Below, one piece after another: positions 1 to 11,901 of a stretch of DNA of 64,000 nt. Both the position numbers and the translations under genes were made by a program. Below the pieces are notes generated by a model, which saw nothing but the letters and a program-made list of their open reading frames with translations, was not told where the DNA came from and did no database searches. Position 1 is the first letter of the stretch; each line of letters starts with the position of its first letter. Source of the DNA: Haliotis rufescens (taxonomy: Eukaryota); the NCBI RefSeq assembly GCF_023055435.1, contig NW_025963779.1, positions 80,910,001-80,974,000 of the forward strand, read 5' to 3'.

Positions 1-13
1 GGACTTGAACAAG

Positions 14-1129
14 ATGTTCCAAGAGAAGTTTCGGTTCTATGCCAGACCGGTGCTGGCATTTACAACAGCAGCCGCAGTTCTTCTACTGTTGTATGTTAAG
101 GGACCTAGACTAAACAATAATTATTGGAAGACACAGGGACCTTGTATTACCAGTCTGAACACAAAGATGGATAACATTCAACATTCAGTTGGTGAGTTGT
201 CTGTGGATATAAAATCACACCAGAACAAGGTACCAGCTCGAGTTCCAAGTCCAGTTCCAGCGAAACCTACGCCAAGACAAGCAGTTCAAGCTCTGCCCTT
301 TAAGAAGAAGATTCCATGGCAGGGGATTGCGTACAAAAGAACAAATGGATCATGGGTAGCAGACGACAGTATGTGTACAGAAGACGAAGTGTTTGATCAG
401 GCGACTCTCAAAACACCCGCTGGAAATACGCCCATCTTCATCCACGATGTCGTCAAAGATCACTCGGTCTCTAAATACTTGAAGACTGTTGGCAACTGGG
501 AGCCGGATGTCATGTACACTGCTTTTGAAGCACTGAAAGATAATAAAGATCACGTGTTTGTCGACGTCGGAGGCAATATTGGAACATTCAGTCTTGCTGC
601 TGCTAAACTGGGGCACAGGGTCATCTCTGTTGAGCCCTATGCTATGAACACCAAACGCCTGTGCCGAGGAGTGGTAAAAGGTGGGTTTGCTGGACAGATG
701 TTTGTCATTCACAATGCAATGTCTGAACTCCGAGAAACGCTTTCATTTAAGCTCCACCCTAATGATATTGCAATGACCCGTGTTGAGAAAGTTACTAACT
801 CAACTTCAAACACAGATACCGTAACTTCCATACAGATGAACGATCTTCTGGAGCTGTTTGACATGAAGTCAGCTGTTATAAAGCTGGACTGTGAGGACCA
901 CGAAGTGGAGGTGATGAAGGGTGCAGAGATTTTTTTTCAAAAAGTCGATGTACGCATGGTGCTGATAGAATGGGATAAACTTATTGTAAACCAGGGAACA
1001 CTGTATATCATAGAAATGATGAAGAGATTTAATTTCAAACCATACAACCTCGGGAAAAACGCAAAAGCCTTGGATATGTCTGAGTATACTCGATGGAAAA
1101 ATAGGAACGTTGTGTTTAAGAAAGTATAA
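14..1129 (+). CDS. FkbM-family (Methyltransf_21) SAM-dependent methyltransferase, type II membrane topology, paralog 1
   Basis: ATG at 14 (ORF track starts at TTG 5). N-terminal hydrophobic anchor (VLAFTTAAAVLLLLYV), coiled/Pro-rich stem, then FkbM motifs FVDVGGNIG, VISVEP, IHNAMS, IKLDCEDHE, VLIEW. No intron in the CDS. Confidence 0.9.
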   Translation: MFQEKFRFYARPVLAFTTAAAVLLLLYVKGPRLNNNYWKTQGPCITSLNTKMDNIQHSVGELSVDIKSHQNKVPARVPSPVPAKPTPRQAVQALPFKKKIPWQGIAYKRTNGSWVADDSMCTEDEVFDQATLKTPAGNTPIFIHDVVKDHSVSKYLKTVGNWEPDVMYTAFEALKDNKDHVFVDVGGNIGTFSLAAAKLGHRVISVEPYAMNTKRLCRGVVKGGFAGQMFVIHNAMSELRETLSFKLHPNDIAMTRVEKVTNSTSNTDTVTSIQMNDLLELFDMKSAVIKLDCEDHEVEVMKGAEIFFQKVDVRMVLIEWDKLIVNQGTLYIIEMMKRFNFKPYNLGKNAKALDMSEYTRWKNRNVVFKKV

Positions 1130-1451
1130 ACTCAACTGGAATGTGAATGAAGACAGATTGTATATGCGCGCCATTAGTGATGTCATTTGATTGTGACGTC
1201 ATGGTAACAATGACGTCACAATGGTCTGCAAAGCATTGTGATGCAATTTCATCTTTGATCTCACCCAAGCGATATCTCCTGTGGGAGCCAGTTTTGGATG
1301 ATAATATATGATGCTGTACATGTTGTATATAAGATGTTGTATGAGAGTGTACATGTTGTATGTGAGATACTGTATGCAATTTATTGTGTAATATATTTTG
1401 AAATGTATGAATAAAAGCTACTTCCGTTAACATTTGTCCTATTGTAATTAA

Positions 1452-1614
1452 GGCAGGTAGGGTAGCCTGGTAGTTAAAGCGTTCGCTCGTCACGCTGAAG
1501 ACCCAGGTACGATTCCCCACATGGGTACAATGTGTGAAGCCCATTTCTGGTGTTCCCCGCCGTGATATTGTTGGAATATTGCTAAAAGCGGCGTAAAACC
1601 ATACTCACTCACTC
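1452..1614 (+). mobile_element. tRNA-derived SINE, family A
   Basis: A-box-like ggtagcctggtagttaaagcg, B-box-like ggtacgattcc, shared tail ggaatattgctaaaagcggcgtaaaac and (ACTC)n; several copies in the window. Confidence 0.85.
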
Positions 1615-1925
1615 CTAATTTGTGCAGTTTTTGGGTGCAATATTTGCATAGTTCAGATCATGGAGACGTATCGGGAGGCGTTTTCAGCAGACGTTAAGAT
1701 CTTTGTACATTTCTTCTCTTCCATATTTGAGAGAATATTATTATGGGTATCTGTTCTTGTACTTCAGCAAAATATTGAGAAGATGAATCTCCGCAGATAT
1801 CTCACAATTAAGTTGTGTGTAGCTTGCATGACCTACGATTTTATCCAGTGGGGCTCAATGACACTCATTCGACCAGGTCACACATCACAACTACCTCAAA
1901 ACCCATCAGTCGCCTCTTAACACAA

Positions 1926-2192
1926 ACCCGTGAGATCCGGGGTAGAATAGGTCCTCAGCAACCAATGCTTGTCGTAAAAGGCGACTATGCTTGTCGTAAG
2001 GGGCGATTAACCGGATCGGGTGGTCAGGCTCACTGACTTGGCTAATGCATGTCATCGTATCCCAATTGCGTGCATCGATGCTCATGATGTCAATCACTGG
2101 ATTGTCTGGTCCAGACTCGATTATTTACAGACCACCGTCATGAAGCTGGAATATTGCGGAGTGCCGCGTTAAACAACATACAAACAAACAAA
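1926..2192 (+). mobile_element. SINE-like repeat, family C
   Basis: acccgtgagatccggggtagaataggtc...gcttgtcgtaa..ggcga...ctggaatattgc...(AAAC)n; many copies in the window. Confidence 0.85.
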
Positions 2193-2439
2193 TACATGTA
2201 TGTGGTGTTGGGGGACCTATTCTTACCACATCTTTGATATTATGGAACAGTGTAAATCCATGGTAATGCCAACACTGCTTGCTCTAGTTGTTGGTAATTG
2301 ATGGTATTCCGTTCAATCGTTCGTCCCGATATGGTGGAAAATACGTGGTAATCCCGGCATTTGGCACCATGGGAATCAAGAATATCTCAGATATGTTGAG
2401 ACAACATTCAGTCATCGTCCAACAGTGTGTCTTTGTCTT

Positions 2440-3515
2440 GGTAACCCACGTTTATCCCGTTATACTGGAACAGTCGTCCATGGTAACCCAGGGATATCCA
2501 GATATACTGGAACAGTAGTCCATGATAACGCACGTTTATCCCGTTATACTCGGAAATCCGATGGATATCCATTTATACAGGAACAGTCGTCCATAGTAAC
2601 CCAGGGATATCCAGATATACTGGAACAGAAGTCCATCATAACCCACGTTTATCCCGTTATACTGGGAAATCCCATGGATATCCAGATATACTGGAACAGT
2701 CGTCCATGGTAGCCCAGGGATATCCCGATGTACTGGAACAGAGGTCCATGGTAACCCATGGATATCCCGATATACTGGAACAGAGGTCTTGGTAATTAAT
2801 GGATGTCCCGATATACTGGAACAGTAGACAATGGTAACCGAGGGATATCCCGATATACTGGAACAGTAGTCCACGGTAACCATGGTATATCCCGATATAC
2901 TGGAACAGTAGTCCACGGTAACCATGGGATATCCCGATATACTGGAACAGTAGTCCACGGTAACCCGTGGCTATCCCGATATACTGGAACAGTAGTCAAT
3001 GGTAACCCAGGGATATCCCGATATACTGGAACAGTAGTCCACGGTAACCCGTGGCTATCCCGATATACTGGAACAGTAGTCCACGGTAAACCAGGGATAT
3101 CCCGATATACTGAAACAGTAGTCCACGGTAACCCGTGGCTATCCCGATATATTGGAACAGTGGTCCATGGTAACCATGGGAGATCCCGATATACTGAAAC
3201 AGTAGTCCACGCTAACCCGTGGCTATCCCGATATACTTGAACAGTAGTCCATGGTAACCCAGGGATATCCCGATATACTGGAACAGTAGTCCACGGTAAC
3301 CCGAGGCTATCCCGATATACTGGAACAGTAGTCCATGGTAACCCAGGGATATCCCGATATACTGGAACAGTAGTCCACGGTAACCCGTGGCTATCCCGAT
3401 ATACTGGAACAGTAGTCCATGGTAACCCGTGGCTATCCCGATATACTGGAACAGTAGTCCATAGTAACCCAGGGATATCCTGATATACTGGAACAGTAGT
3501 CCATGGAAACCCAGA
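2440..3515. repeat. 42-bp minisatellite, about 25 copies
   Basis: Unit gatatactggaacagtagtccacggtaacccgtggctatccc; 14-aa periodicity in the ORF track. Confidence 0.95.
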
Positions 3516-3831
3516 TGAATTTTACCCTTTTCGAAGAGGATCAGATAACGGACTCTTTACAATTAATCGGTCTTATTACATGAACACGAGGTCAATATGT
3601 CCTCCCCCTAACAGTCATAGAGCTGTCTTAAATACTTTGTACAAATATGGTACCGATCTTAATTATAAAATAACATGTCATATCATTAAATCACTGGCTG
3701 ATCAATACAGTGAATTTAGTGTAGAATAATTGTGTTAAACTGATTAATCGAAACATTCATGTTCAGTTGAAATGAAAGCAAACATATTATAGGTTTTATG
3801 AAAGTTCATTGACAAACTGTTTATTCCAGGA

Positions 3832-3936
3832 AACTTGTTTATTTTACAAGAACCTCATGTTATAATGAAACTATTAAACGTTAAAAACGTTTAATAGTTT
3901 CATTATAACATGAGGTTCTTGTAAAATAAACAAGTT
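3832..3936. repeat. Perfect 51-bp-arm hairpin with 3-nt loop
   Basis: 3832-3882 is the exact reverse complement of 3886-3936. Confidence 0.9.
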
Positions 3937-4490
3937 CGTGCTCAAAATCATGGCATGTGTGCAGAAGAGCACCGTCTCCCCTTTGGTTTGGTACCTCCTT
4001 TTAAATGGTTGCCAAATTATCAGTAATGACTAACAGATAGTCGTCCTTCTATGTTAAATGATAAATTCTATGATAAATTTACTGCGAAGTAAAACTACCA
4101 TCATATGAAGGAAACCTTCTAGATTTTTCTGCCAAGTAATCAATCAGTATACCTAATGTGTCATTTGCCGCCATATACTTGTATATTGATAACTACCTCA
4201 TTATTCTATGGTATGTAGCCCCCCCCCCCCTCTCTCTCTCTCTCAGAAGGAGTTCTTGCTTTTTAATTGAATAGTTCATCGATATCTAAAATCATACTCT
4301 GTCTCATATGAATGATATGAATATGAGAAAATCGAAGGCCTCAGGAAAGCTATCAAATTGTTTTTATTGTAGACGTGTACGGGACACTTCCAAATTGACG
4401 CATCAAGGACAAAAATGAAATGAACAATTTAAGTGATTCACAGATATATGATAAAACAGCATCAGAATATATACAACACATGTGTTATTC

Positions 4491-5588
4491 TTATCTTTTG
4501 AACACAATGTTCCTTATATTCCATTGATTGTATTCAGAGATATTCAAAGGCTTTGCGTCCTTGCCAATTGTATATGGTTTAAATTTGAATCGTTCCATCA
4601 TTTCTATTATATATGGTGTTTCTGGGTTTTTGTAAAGTTTGTCCCATTCAATAATCACCATGCGCACATCGACAACCTTGAAGAAAATCTCGGCACCTTT
4701 CATCACATCTACTTCATGGTCCTCACAGTCCATCTTCAAAACAGCTGACTTGATGTCAAACATCTCCAACAGATCGTTCATCTGAATGGTCGTTACCGCA
4801 TCGCTGCTTGGTTTGGTGTTAGTTGCTTTGACAATGCGTGTCATTGCAGCCTCCTTTGGGAAGACTTTAAATGAAATTGTTTCCCGCACGTATGACATTG
4901 CATTATATATGACAAACATCTGTCCAGCAAACCCACCTTTTACCACTCCTCGGCACAGGCGTTTAGTGTTCATAGCATAGGGCTCAACAGAGATGACCCT
5001 GTGCCCCAGTTTAGCAGCAGCAAGACTGAATGTTCCAATATTGCCTCCGACGTCGACAAACACGTGATCTTTATTTTCTTTCAGTGCTTCAAAAGCAGTG
5101 TACATGACTTCCGGCTCCCAATTACCAACAGCCTTCAGGCGTTTAGAGACTGAGCGATCTACGACGACATCGTGGATGAAGATGGGCGTATTTCCAGCGG
5201 GTGTTTTGAGAGTCGCCCGATCAAACACTTCGTCTTCTGTACACACACTGTCATCTGCTACCCATGATCCGTTTGTTCTTCTGTACGCAATCCCCTGCCA
5301 TGGGATCTTCTTCTTAAAGGGTTGTGCTTGAAGCGACGGTTTGGTCCTCACTTCAACTTGGGGCTGTATCTCATTCTCCCTCTCTTTGATGTCCCAAGAC
5401 AACTCACTGATGGCGTTTTGAATGTTACCCAGTTTTATGTGCAGGTTATTAACAGAGGACAACTCTGTCCTGGGAATATTAGCGACAAAATTCGATCCTT
5501 TGAAATATACAACTGTGAGAACTGTTGCAACTATCATTGTTAACACCAGCACAAGTCGAGTACAGGGTGGGTTCCAGCGCAAAGACAT
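4491..5588 (-). CDS. FkbM-family (Methyltransf_21) methyltransferase, type II membrane topology, paralog 2
   Basis: 365-aa ORF with TM segment (LVLVLTMIVATVLTVVYF) and the same FkbM motifs (FVDVGGNIG, VEP, LKMDCEDHE, IIEW); clear paralog of 14-1129, arranged tail-to-tail. Confidence 0.9.
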   Translation of the reverse strand: MSLRWNPPCTRLVLVLTMIVATVLTVVYFKGSNFVANIPRTELSSVNNLHIKLGNIQNAISELSWDIKERENEIQPQVEVRTKPSLQAQPFKKKIPWQGIAYRRTNGSWVADDSVCTEDEVFDRATLKTPAGNTPIFIHDVVVDRSVSKRLKAVGNWEPEVMYTAFEALKENKDHVFVDVGGNIGTFSLAAAKLGHRVISVEPYAMNTKRLCRGVVKGGFAGQMFVIYNAMSYVRETISFKVFPKEAAMTRIVKATNTKPSSDAVTTIQMNDLLEMFDIKSAVLKMDCEDHEVDVMKGAEIFFKVVDVRMVIIEWDKLYKNPETPYIIEMMERFKFKPYTIGKDAKPLNISEYNQWNIRNIVFKR

Positions 5589-6149
5589 TTTGTTTTAATC
5601 AAATGTCTAAGAATGTCAGATTACACGTAATAACCGAGGTAATATTTCCCCCTGCTTCTGCTCGAAGCTCTCGGCACGGAGTGTGGTTATTCACAGTCCA
5701 CTGTCATACACGAAGATATTTTACACAGAACGAAAACTCAGATTTTACATGTCTGAAACCTATGCAAACGGGATGGGATATGTGATTACGCTGTTGACAC
5801 TCAAATTGTTTGGAAGGCTACAACATGATAAACATAGTCATTACTGTTACAGCATGTACTCATAGCATTTTCATAAAACCCGAGGCGTATTTACGTGATA
5901 ATTACAACAAATATCACTATCTGAAAATAGCATTATGCAAATACTGCGCATACTGTTACAAATTCAATTTGGCGAGGTTAAATTTTACATTGAAAACAGT
6001 ATGTTTTTATCTCCTAAATATTTGCATAAATTAAATCACATATTTGAGGCCATTTAATTCAGTTTTGAAAGTGTGAAAAACTTACTTTTATCTTTCTAAG
6101 TGCATCATTTCAGCACAATATCTTGTAAAACGGGAATATGACCCAAAAA

Positions 6150-7110
6150 ATTCTTTATTCCGGCACATTGATCAATGTGTTGATTAAGTGGGATACACCG
6201 GCAAGAGGGATCCCGTATCTGTTGTTGGTGGACTTATACTCTCAGTCTTAGGATATCCCGTCTGGCCAATATACTCTTCTTCCCGCATTGTATTACATAA
6301 ACCAAGTATTTGGAAGCACAATTCATAGTTACAAGGACACGGAAAAATTTTCCGTCGTTGAATGTAAAAGGGCTACTTTGTAAAACATTGAGGGCAGGTA
6401 TCACAATTTGGCGTGTCACTCTTTTTCAGTTTTAGATTCATTTTCTTCTTGTGAGAAAGAAGCCCTAGTAAGAAATTGTTTAAAGATTATGTCGGCTCTG
6501 TTTTTGATGACAAGAAGTTTTTTAGTCATGTTTTTTTGTTTAGGTTTTTCACACATGTTTAAAGAAAACAGTGTCTACCGAACATTTCCAAATATGTCAA
6601 GGGTTTGGGGTTTAAAACTAGAAACCAAATGGAGAAAACTCGTTCGGTATATATTTAGAAGATCACAACGGTTTTGTGATTAAGTCTTTAGTTTTTTGCC
6701 TCTTCTACTATTTCTCTTGTTTAGTTTCTTTCTAGTAAATCCCTCAGTTCGTGAAGTTTATATTGTGCACGATCTGAATTGGATACTATTGCGCAGATTA
6801 TACGTGATAATGAGTAAAGGACACTGTATTTCGTTAGTCCTGCACCATAACTGTGGAATATATTTATTTAATGGGGAAAAAACAATCTAGAAAAGTATAC
6901 AAAAGCAAGTCTAGCCAGCTCTAGCTAGCCCTATCCACATATGAAATCAGCATAGGGAAAATTATTGTTTTTATATTTAGAGCCGAGAAGGGTATTGTGT
7001 AATATAAGATTTCATAGACTAAATGTTAGTCTAAGAAATTGTTATTGGGTTGGTTTGTACTTATTTTTGGACATTGTAATCATTACACCAAGGAAAGAAA
7101 GGTTTTTATG
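6150..7110 (-). pseudogene. Penelope-like element remnant (RT C-terminus plus GIY-YIG endonuclease)
   Basis: Frameshifted minus-strand translation: CDTC...MNCASKYLVYVIQC / EEYIGQTG / LRLRV / HQQQIRDP...PLNQHIDQC, a Penelope GIY-YIG signature. Upstream are degenerate KYKPT, NNFPY and KQFLTRASF segments. Confidence 0.75.
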
Positions 7111-8689
7111 GTTCATCTCTCAGTTGGTGAGTGAGTGAGTGAGCGAGTTAAATTTAACGTCACATCGGCAGTATGTCAGCTATATGGTGCCGAAAATTTA
7201 TACATTGATAATAACTATATTTAAACTAAATAAAAACCTGTCATCGATGGACAATATAATAACTTGATGATCACAGTTTTGATTGCGAAAAGTTAGTTGC
7301 GAACATTTGAAAGAACAAATTATAATTCAACAACACAAGATAAAAATGAGCTATAGACTACTAGTATCCAAAGTTAGACCACCATACCTGGGACTTACGA
7401 TACTTGTGCTTTATGCATGGTTCCACAGCAGGATTTACATCATCCATAAAGTAAGTGTTATTCTTGGATGGAGTGTCTGCAATATATATAATAATATAAT
7501 TAAATTTTCCTTGTGTTCATTGAAATTCCTGCATTCTGATTAGCTGAATTGGTCACAGGCTATTGCATTCATTACCCACACTCTCCTACCAAGAGTTCCA
7601 TGTAGCCGGCAGCCAGCCAGCATAGTGACGATTCGTCACATCTTTCACAATCCATTCAAGATATTGCATATGCTTTTCATCCGTTTCATGTTTGACAAGT
7701 TTACACATTTTCATAAACAAATGTCAAAGAATGGTTGCGGTTCATTAAGAAAGTATCCTAATACGTGAAAATCTACACCCACCGAAGCGAACTACTTTAA
7801 TTACTACTGAATGTCGGGAAATCCCTATATTACAGTCGAGGGAATTCCCTTTCTGCTCACGTGTATCGTCATGCACAGGGCATTTAGCGAAATTTATGCA
7901 TATTCATTGTCCAAACAAATCTTTGAGTCGAGTACAGGATAGATTTTGTTGCGATGGCATTTTGTGTGAAGTATAAACACTCAGATTAGACATATAAACC
8001 GATGCGGAATCGCTCGTGTTTCAGGCTGATGCGCTCGGGAAGGTGTGGGATTACACCCTGACTGCACATTAGCATGAGCGTCGATATTTTCACAGGACGA
8101 AAATTCAGATTTTACACATCAGAAATAAGACAAAATATACATTACTTGACCAACTATACTGAAACAAAATTAACTTATTATTTTACTTGTATTATTATTA
8201 CTCCCTGACTGCATAATGTTTTAATTATGCAAAGACATTCTCACAGGACGAAAAATCCAATCAGCCCAAATGGGGTGGACATTATGCAGTCAGGGGTCTA
8301 CTTTCTGGAACTTTTATTAACCCCGAGGTTCCACTTCTGAAACACACATTTATCATCATTCCTGTCACATATTAATACTGAACATTTTCATTTCACTTCT
8401 CATGAAAATGAAAATGGGTGAAATGAGAGAAAATAGAGTGGGATACATACATTGCATGCTGTCAGGGTTTACTGATATTTACCACGAAGTTCCATCATTG
8501 GAAACACGTTATTATCTTCACATAACCCTGTGTATATACTAAGAAAAAATTGCAGAAAATATTAGACATAATTATTTTTATGGTAATCAAATTTACCAGA
8601 TAGGAGTTAGATTTAATATTTCATGTACAACTGCAAATGCCTGAGGTTTTACAGGCGGGTATCATTATCCGGCACTATAGCCACAGCTA

Positions 8690-8850
8690 CGGGATGCTAT
8701 CTCAGTTGGTTAGCACCGTATACCCAGTATACGTTCATGCTATTACAAGTACAACCAGCACACACACGTGCATACACGTCGCTATATAAGTGCAATAAGC
8801 TTTATCACGAGGTCCAACACAATTTCACCTCATCTTACCTCACCTCACAA
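8690..8850 (+). mobile_element. SINE-like repeat, family D (3' part)
   Basis: cacacacgtgcatacacgtcgctatataagtgcaataa...tttcacctca(cctca)n; also present at about 50440-50720. Confidence 0.6.
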
Positions 8851-10027
8851 TCTACGACCGATGGATAGAAAGATGGTATTTTTTCTTCCATTTTCTGTTT
8901 TGAATTCACTATACATGTTACATGCTAAAGTGTTATAAAATGTTAAAATGAGGTTGAATACTGTACAAGTAAAATAAATATCAGCTTGGAAAGTCCAAAT
9001 AATTTGTGCAAGATATCACGATATCACCAATTTCTCATGATCTCATAAACAGATTAACGTTTAACATGTAACAGAAATAACTGAAAGGTTTATATTACAT
9101 AGTGAGGTAAATTAAACACTTACAAATACTAATCCTAGTGCTATACTAAATAAAAGTGACACTCTGCATCGTTATGCCTAGCTCTGGATATAAAACTGAC
9201 GAGGTGGTTTTACTTGTCCATTTTATTTCTAATTCAGACGGTCAAATCAGTGGAAAGGGATTGGCTATAAGTAAGCTTAAGCCAGAAATATATAACACGT
9301 TTACATATTCTAATATATATGTCAAGGTTCTCGACCCACTTCAACAAGGACCATAAAGTTTGGTACTGAGTGTCTGGGACGACTGGAGTTTTGAGGTGAA
9401 CATAACACTTTGACGGACCTATTGTCATAAAAGAGTGACCTCCCCTCAAATTGTCCCCCTTTATCGTAAGTGTGGCCCATAAACAACTGTTGACTTCCTT
9501 GTCACGTTAGTTCCACATTGATAAGGCAGAATAATGACAGATGGCCATTTATAGAGTTGATAACGCTTCTTGCAGTTTGTTATTCTGCCTAAAATGAATG
9601 TTTTTTCATAAACTGTAGATTTCTCATTAATCAATCTTGTCAATCCAGACTGGTCGTTTCGCAAAACGCCATTTTTGTTACTTGCGAGTTAACAGAGAGC
9701 GAGCACAGCTTACGCCAAGAATTTATAGTCGTCGCTTTTCGTGAAGTCACAGTTTGACAGTGAAACATCGATGATTTTCAGGGCGCTTCAGTGGATTACA
9801 CACGTGCTCCTGGAGGTGGCGGATTCGACTCTTACCAAAGCTTGTTCTCTTGAATCAGCAAAGGTTCAAGGACATAATGGCTTCGGGCCAGTTAAATAAC
9901 CGAGACAGGGGCAGATACCTGGCGGTCACGGCAAGGGCTTATACTCTGTCACGGCTGGTTTCAGAGGACGCTGGAATCGGCGTTCGATGGAACCGCCATT
10001 CGATGGAACCGCCATCATATCCGTCAG

Positions 10028-10193
10028 AGTGAGCGAGTATGTTTTTTACGCCGCTTTTAGCAATATTCCAGCAATATCACGGCGGGGGACACCAGAAATG
10101 GGCTTCACACATTTCTTCCCATGTCGGGAATCGAACCCGGGTCTTCGGCGTGACGAGCGAACGCTTTAACCACTAGGCTACCCAACCGCCCCC
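10028..10193 (-). mobile_element. SINE family A
   Basis: Reverse complement of the 1452-1614 element with B box ggttcgattcc. Confidence 0.85.
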
Positions 10194-10849
10194 ATATCCG
10201 TGAGAGATTTCAAGATCTGGCTGACAAGATAAGAATACTGAACTATACAAATGATTTATCTATGATCATTCGACTGAAATAAATTCACCCAACAACATTT
10301 TGAATTTGATTGAAGGATTTATTGAAGTTACTATTCCGTTTAATGTAGCAATTTCCCCACCGTTTGAATATAAAAACAATGAGTCAAATATTTCAGAATC
10401 GTTGAACTCCGAGCCGACCAGTCCTTGTTTTAGCACCTTAATGTCGAGTTTCAGGCAGGGTAACAAAAAGTACCATCTTTTAACGGATCGAATCCCCGAC
10501 CTTCCACTGGACCACGCATGCAGTCGAGCTTTCTTGAGGGGAATTATACTATATAAGTGTGTAGGAGCGTGCCTCTCATCTCATATTACATCAACCTCAG
10601 CGGTTGTGTGAAGATAGTATTTTCACCCTAGATATCTATCCTAGGCCTATTTGGGTTTGACCACTGTTGCTGCTAGGTGAATATTAGACTCGCTGACTTT
10701 ATTGATATTAACATCGCTATTATATTTTATACTGTCATTGTAATAGTACTGCCGCTGAATTGTGAACTGCCTCTCTATTGAGTCCTGCCATTGTAGTTAC
10801 TTTGCAGTAATTTGTATTGGTTTGTAGACCTAGTTAATTTTATACAAGT

Positions 10850-11870
10850 GTTAATTGTATAACATTTCTTTGTTGTTTGTTGGTTTCACACTGAAGTCTA
10901 GATGCAGATACTTCTCCAGATTGTTCCATAAATCCGGGGTGAAGCCACGTGCATTCATAAAACAGTTGTTCTTAAAGGCTAAGAGACGAGTAAGGTGAGC
11001 TGTCTGGCTAGAAAATGGTTCGGGCTGTTGCACAGGTTTAAAAGAAAGAAAACCTTTCTTGAGTTGATATGAGATTCAGAAGAATGCCATCTTATTAGTA
11101 TATTACAGATGTCAGTCCTTGTTGTTCTAGGCAGGCCTTTGCACATCTTGAGGCAGACGCGTTGTGGTCTTTCAAGAGAGATGTATCCACCTTTGGATAT
11201 GTTGGACCAGAGTTCAAAGCCAAAGAGCGCCCGGAGCAGGCAGACAGAAACATCTTGTACATACTGCATTTTGATTTTGCACCTCACCTGGCCAAACTGT
11301 TGGCAATTGTGACACCTAATTGCTGGTTGTGGGTAAAGACGGGCTAGAAATGACTGAAAATACATCTGTATGCGCTCAGGAAGATGAGGAGTGTTAAATG
11401 CCAACCAAACAATGGTAGTAATGTCCTGTTCTTCTCCCTCGTCATAAACGCTTGGCATGTATGACTTTTATACCCTTAAGCTGATCAACAATTTCATTTA
11501 CATCAACATCAGAGTCAACGTTATTTATCAGGCTTTTGCTTCGACTCTTTGGAACTCAGCCCCTGACACATATGTCACAAATCGTGGATACGTTTCGAGC
11601 CAATTTGCAAGACTTGCTATGAATCACTAGATCGCCTTTTTCAATTTTTTTATTCTGAACATCACGAGCCGAACAAATGTGACATAAGTTTGTAAGTTTC
11701 AATCTAGGTTGTGGCGAAACTACAACCCGAAATTGTAATCGTTTTTCTCGGAGTAATGTCTAGGTGCATGCATTTTTCTATACCATTACATTGTAATTTA
11801 CAGCAAACTCGGGGTCTGTAGACGTCGTTTCAAAGTCAAAGAGATTAGATATATCCTCAACCCATGTCCG
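10850..11870 (-). pseudogene. Degenerate LINE remnant (I/Nimb/Jockey-like ORF1 zinc knuckle joined to RT C-terminal sequence)
   Basis: TTIVWLAFNTPHLPERIQMYFQSFLARLYPQPAIRCHNCQQFG (ORF1 pre-knuckle and CCHC start) is followed directly by ELWSNISK..LERPQRVCLKMCKGLPRTTRTD (LINE RT C-terminal-like). Confidence 0.6.
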
Positions 11871-11901
11871 TCTTTATTCGTTATGCATTTTGAAGTAGTT
11901 T

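Noticed and set aside
1452-1530. tRNA-like sequences
   Set aside because: They are SINE heads continuing into SINE bodies; no standalone tRNA gene is supported.
2425-3240. Repetitive ORFs (SRYTGTVVHGNPWL)n and a CRISPR-like appearance
   Set aside because: Plain 42-bp tandem repeat with no unique spacers, no cas genes and eukaryotic context; the ORFs result from a unit length divisible by 3.
9850-10020. GC-richer segment that might be a retroelement fragment
   Set aside because: No recognisable motif beyond a 16-bp local duplication.
10266-10466. LNGIVTSINPSIKF resembling a Penelope RT segment
   Set aside because: Too short, with no flanking RT motifs.
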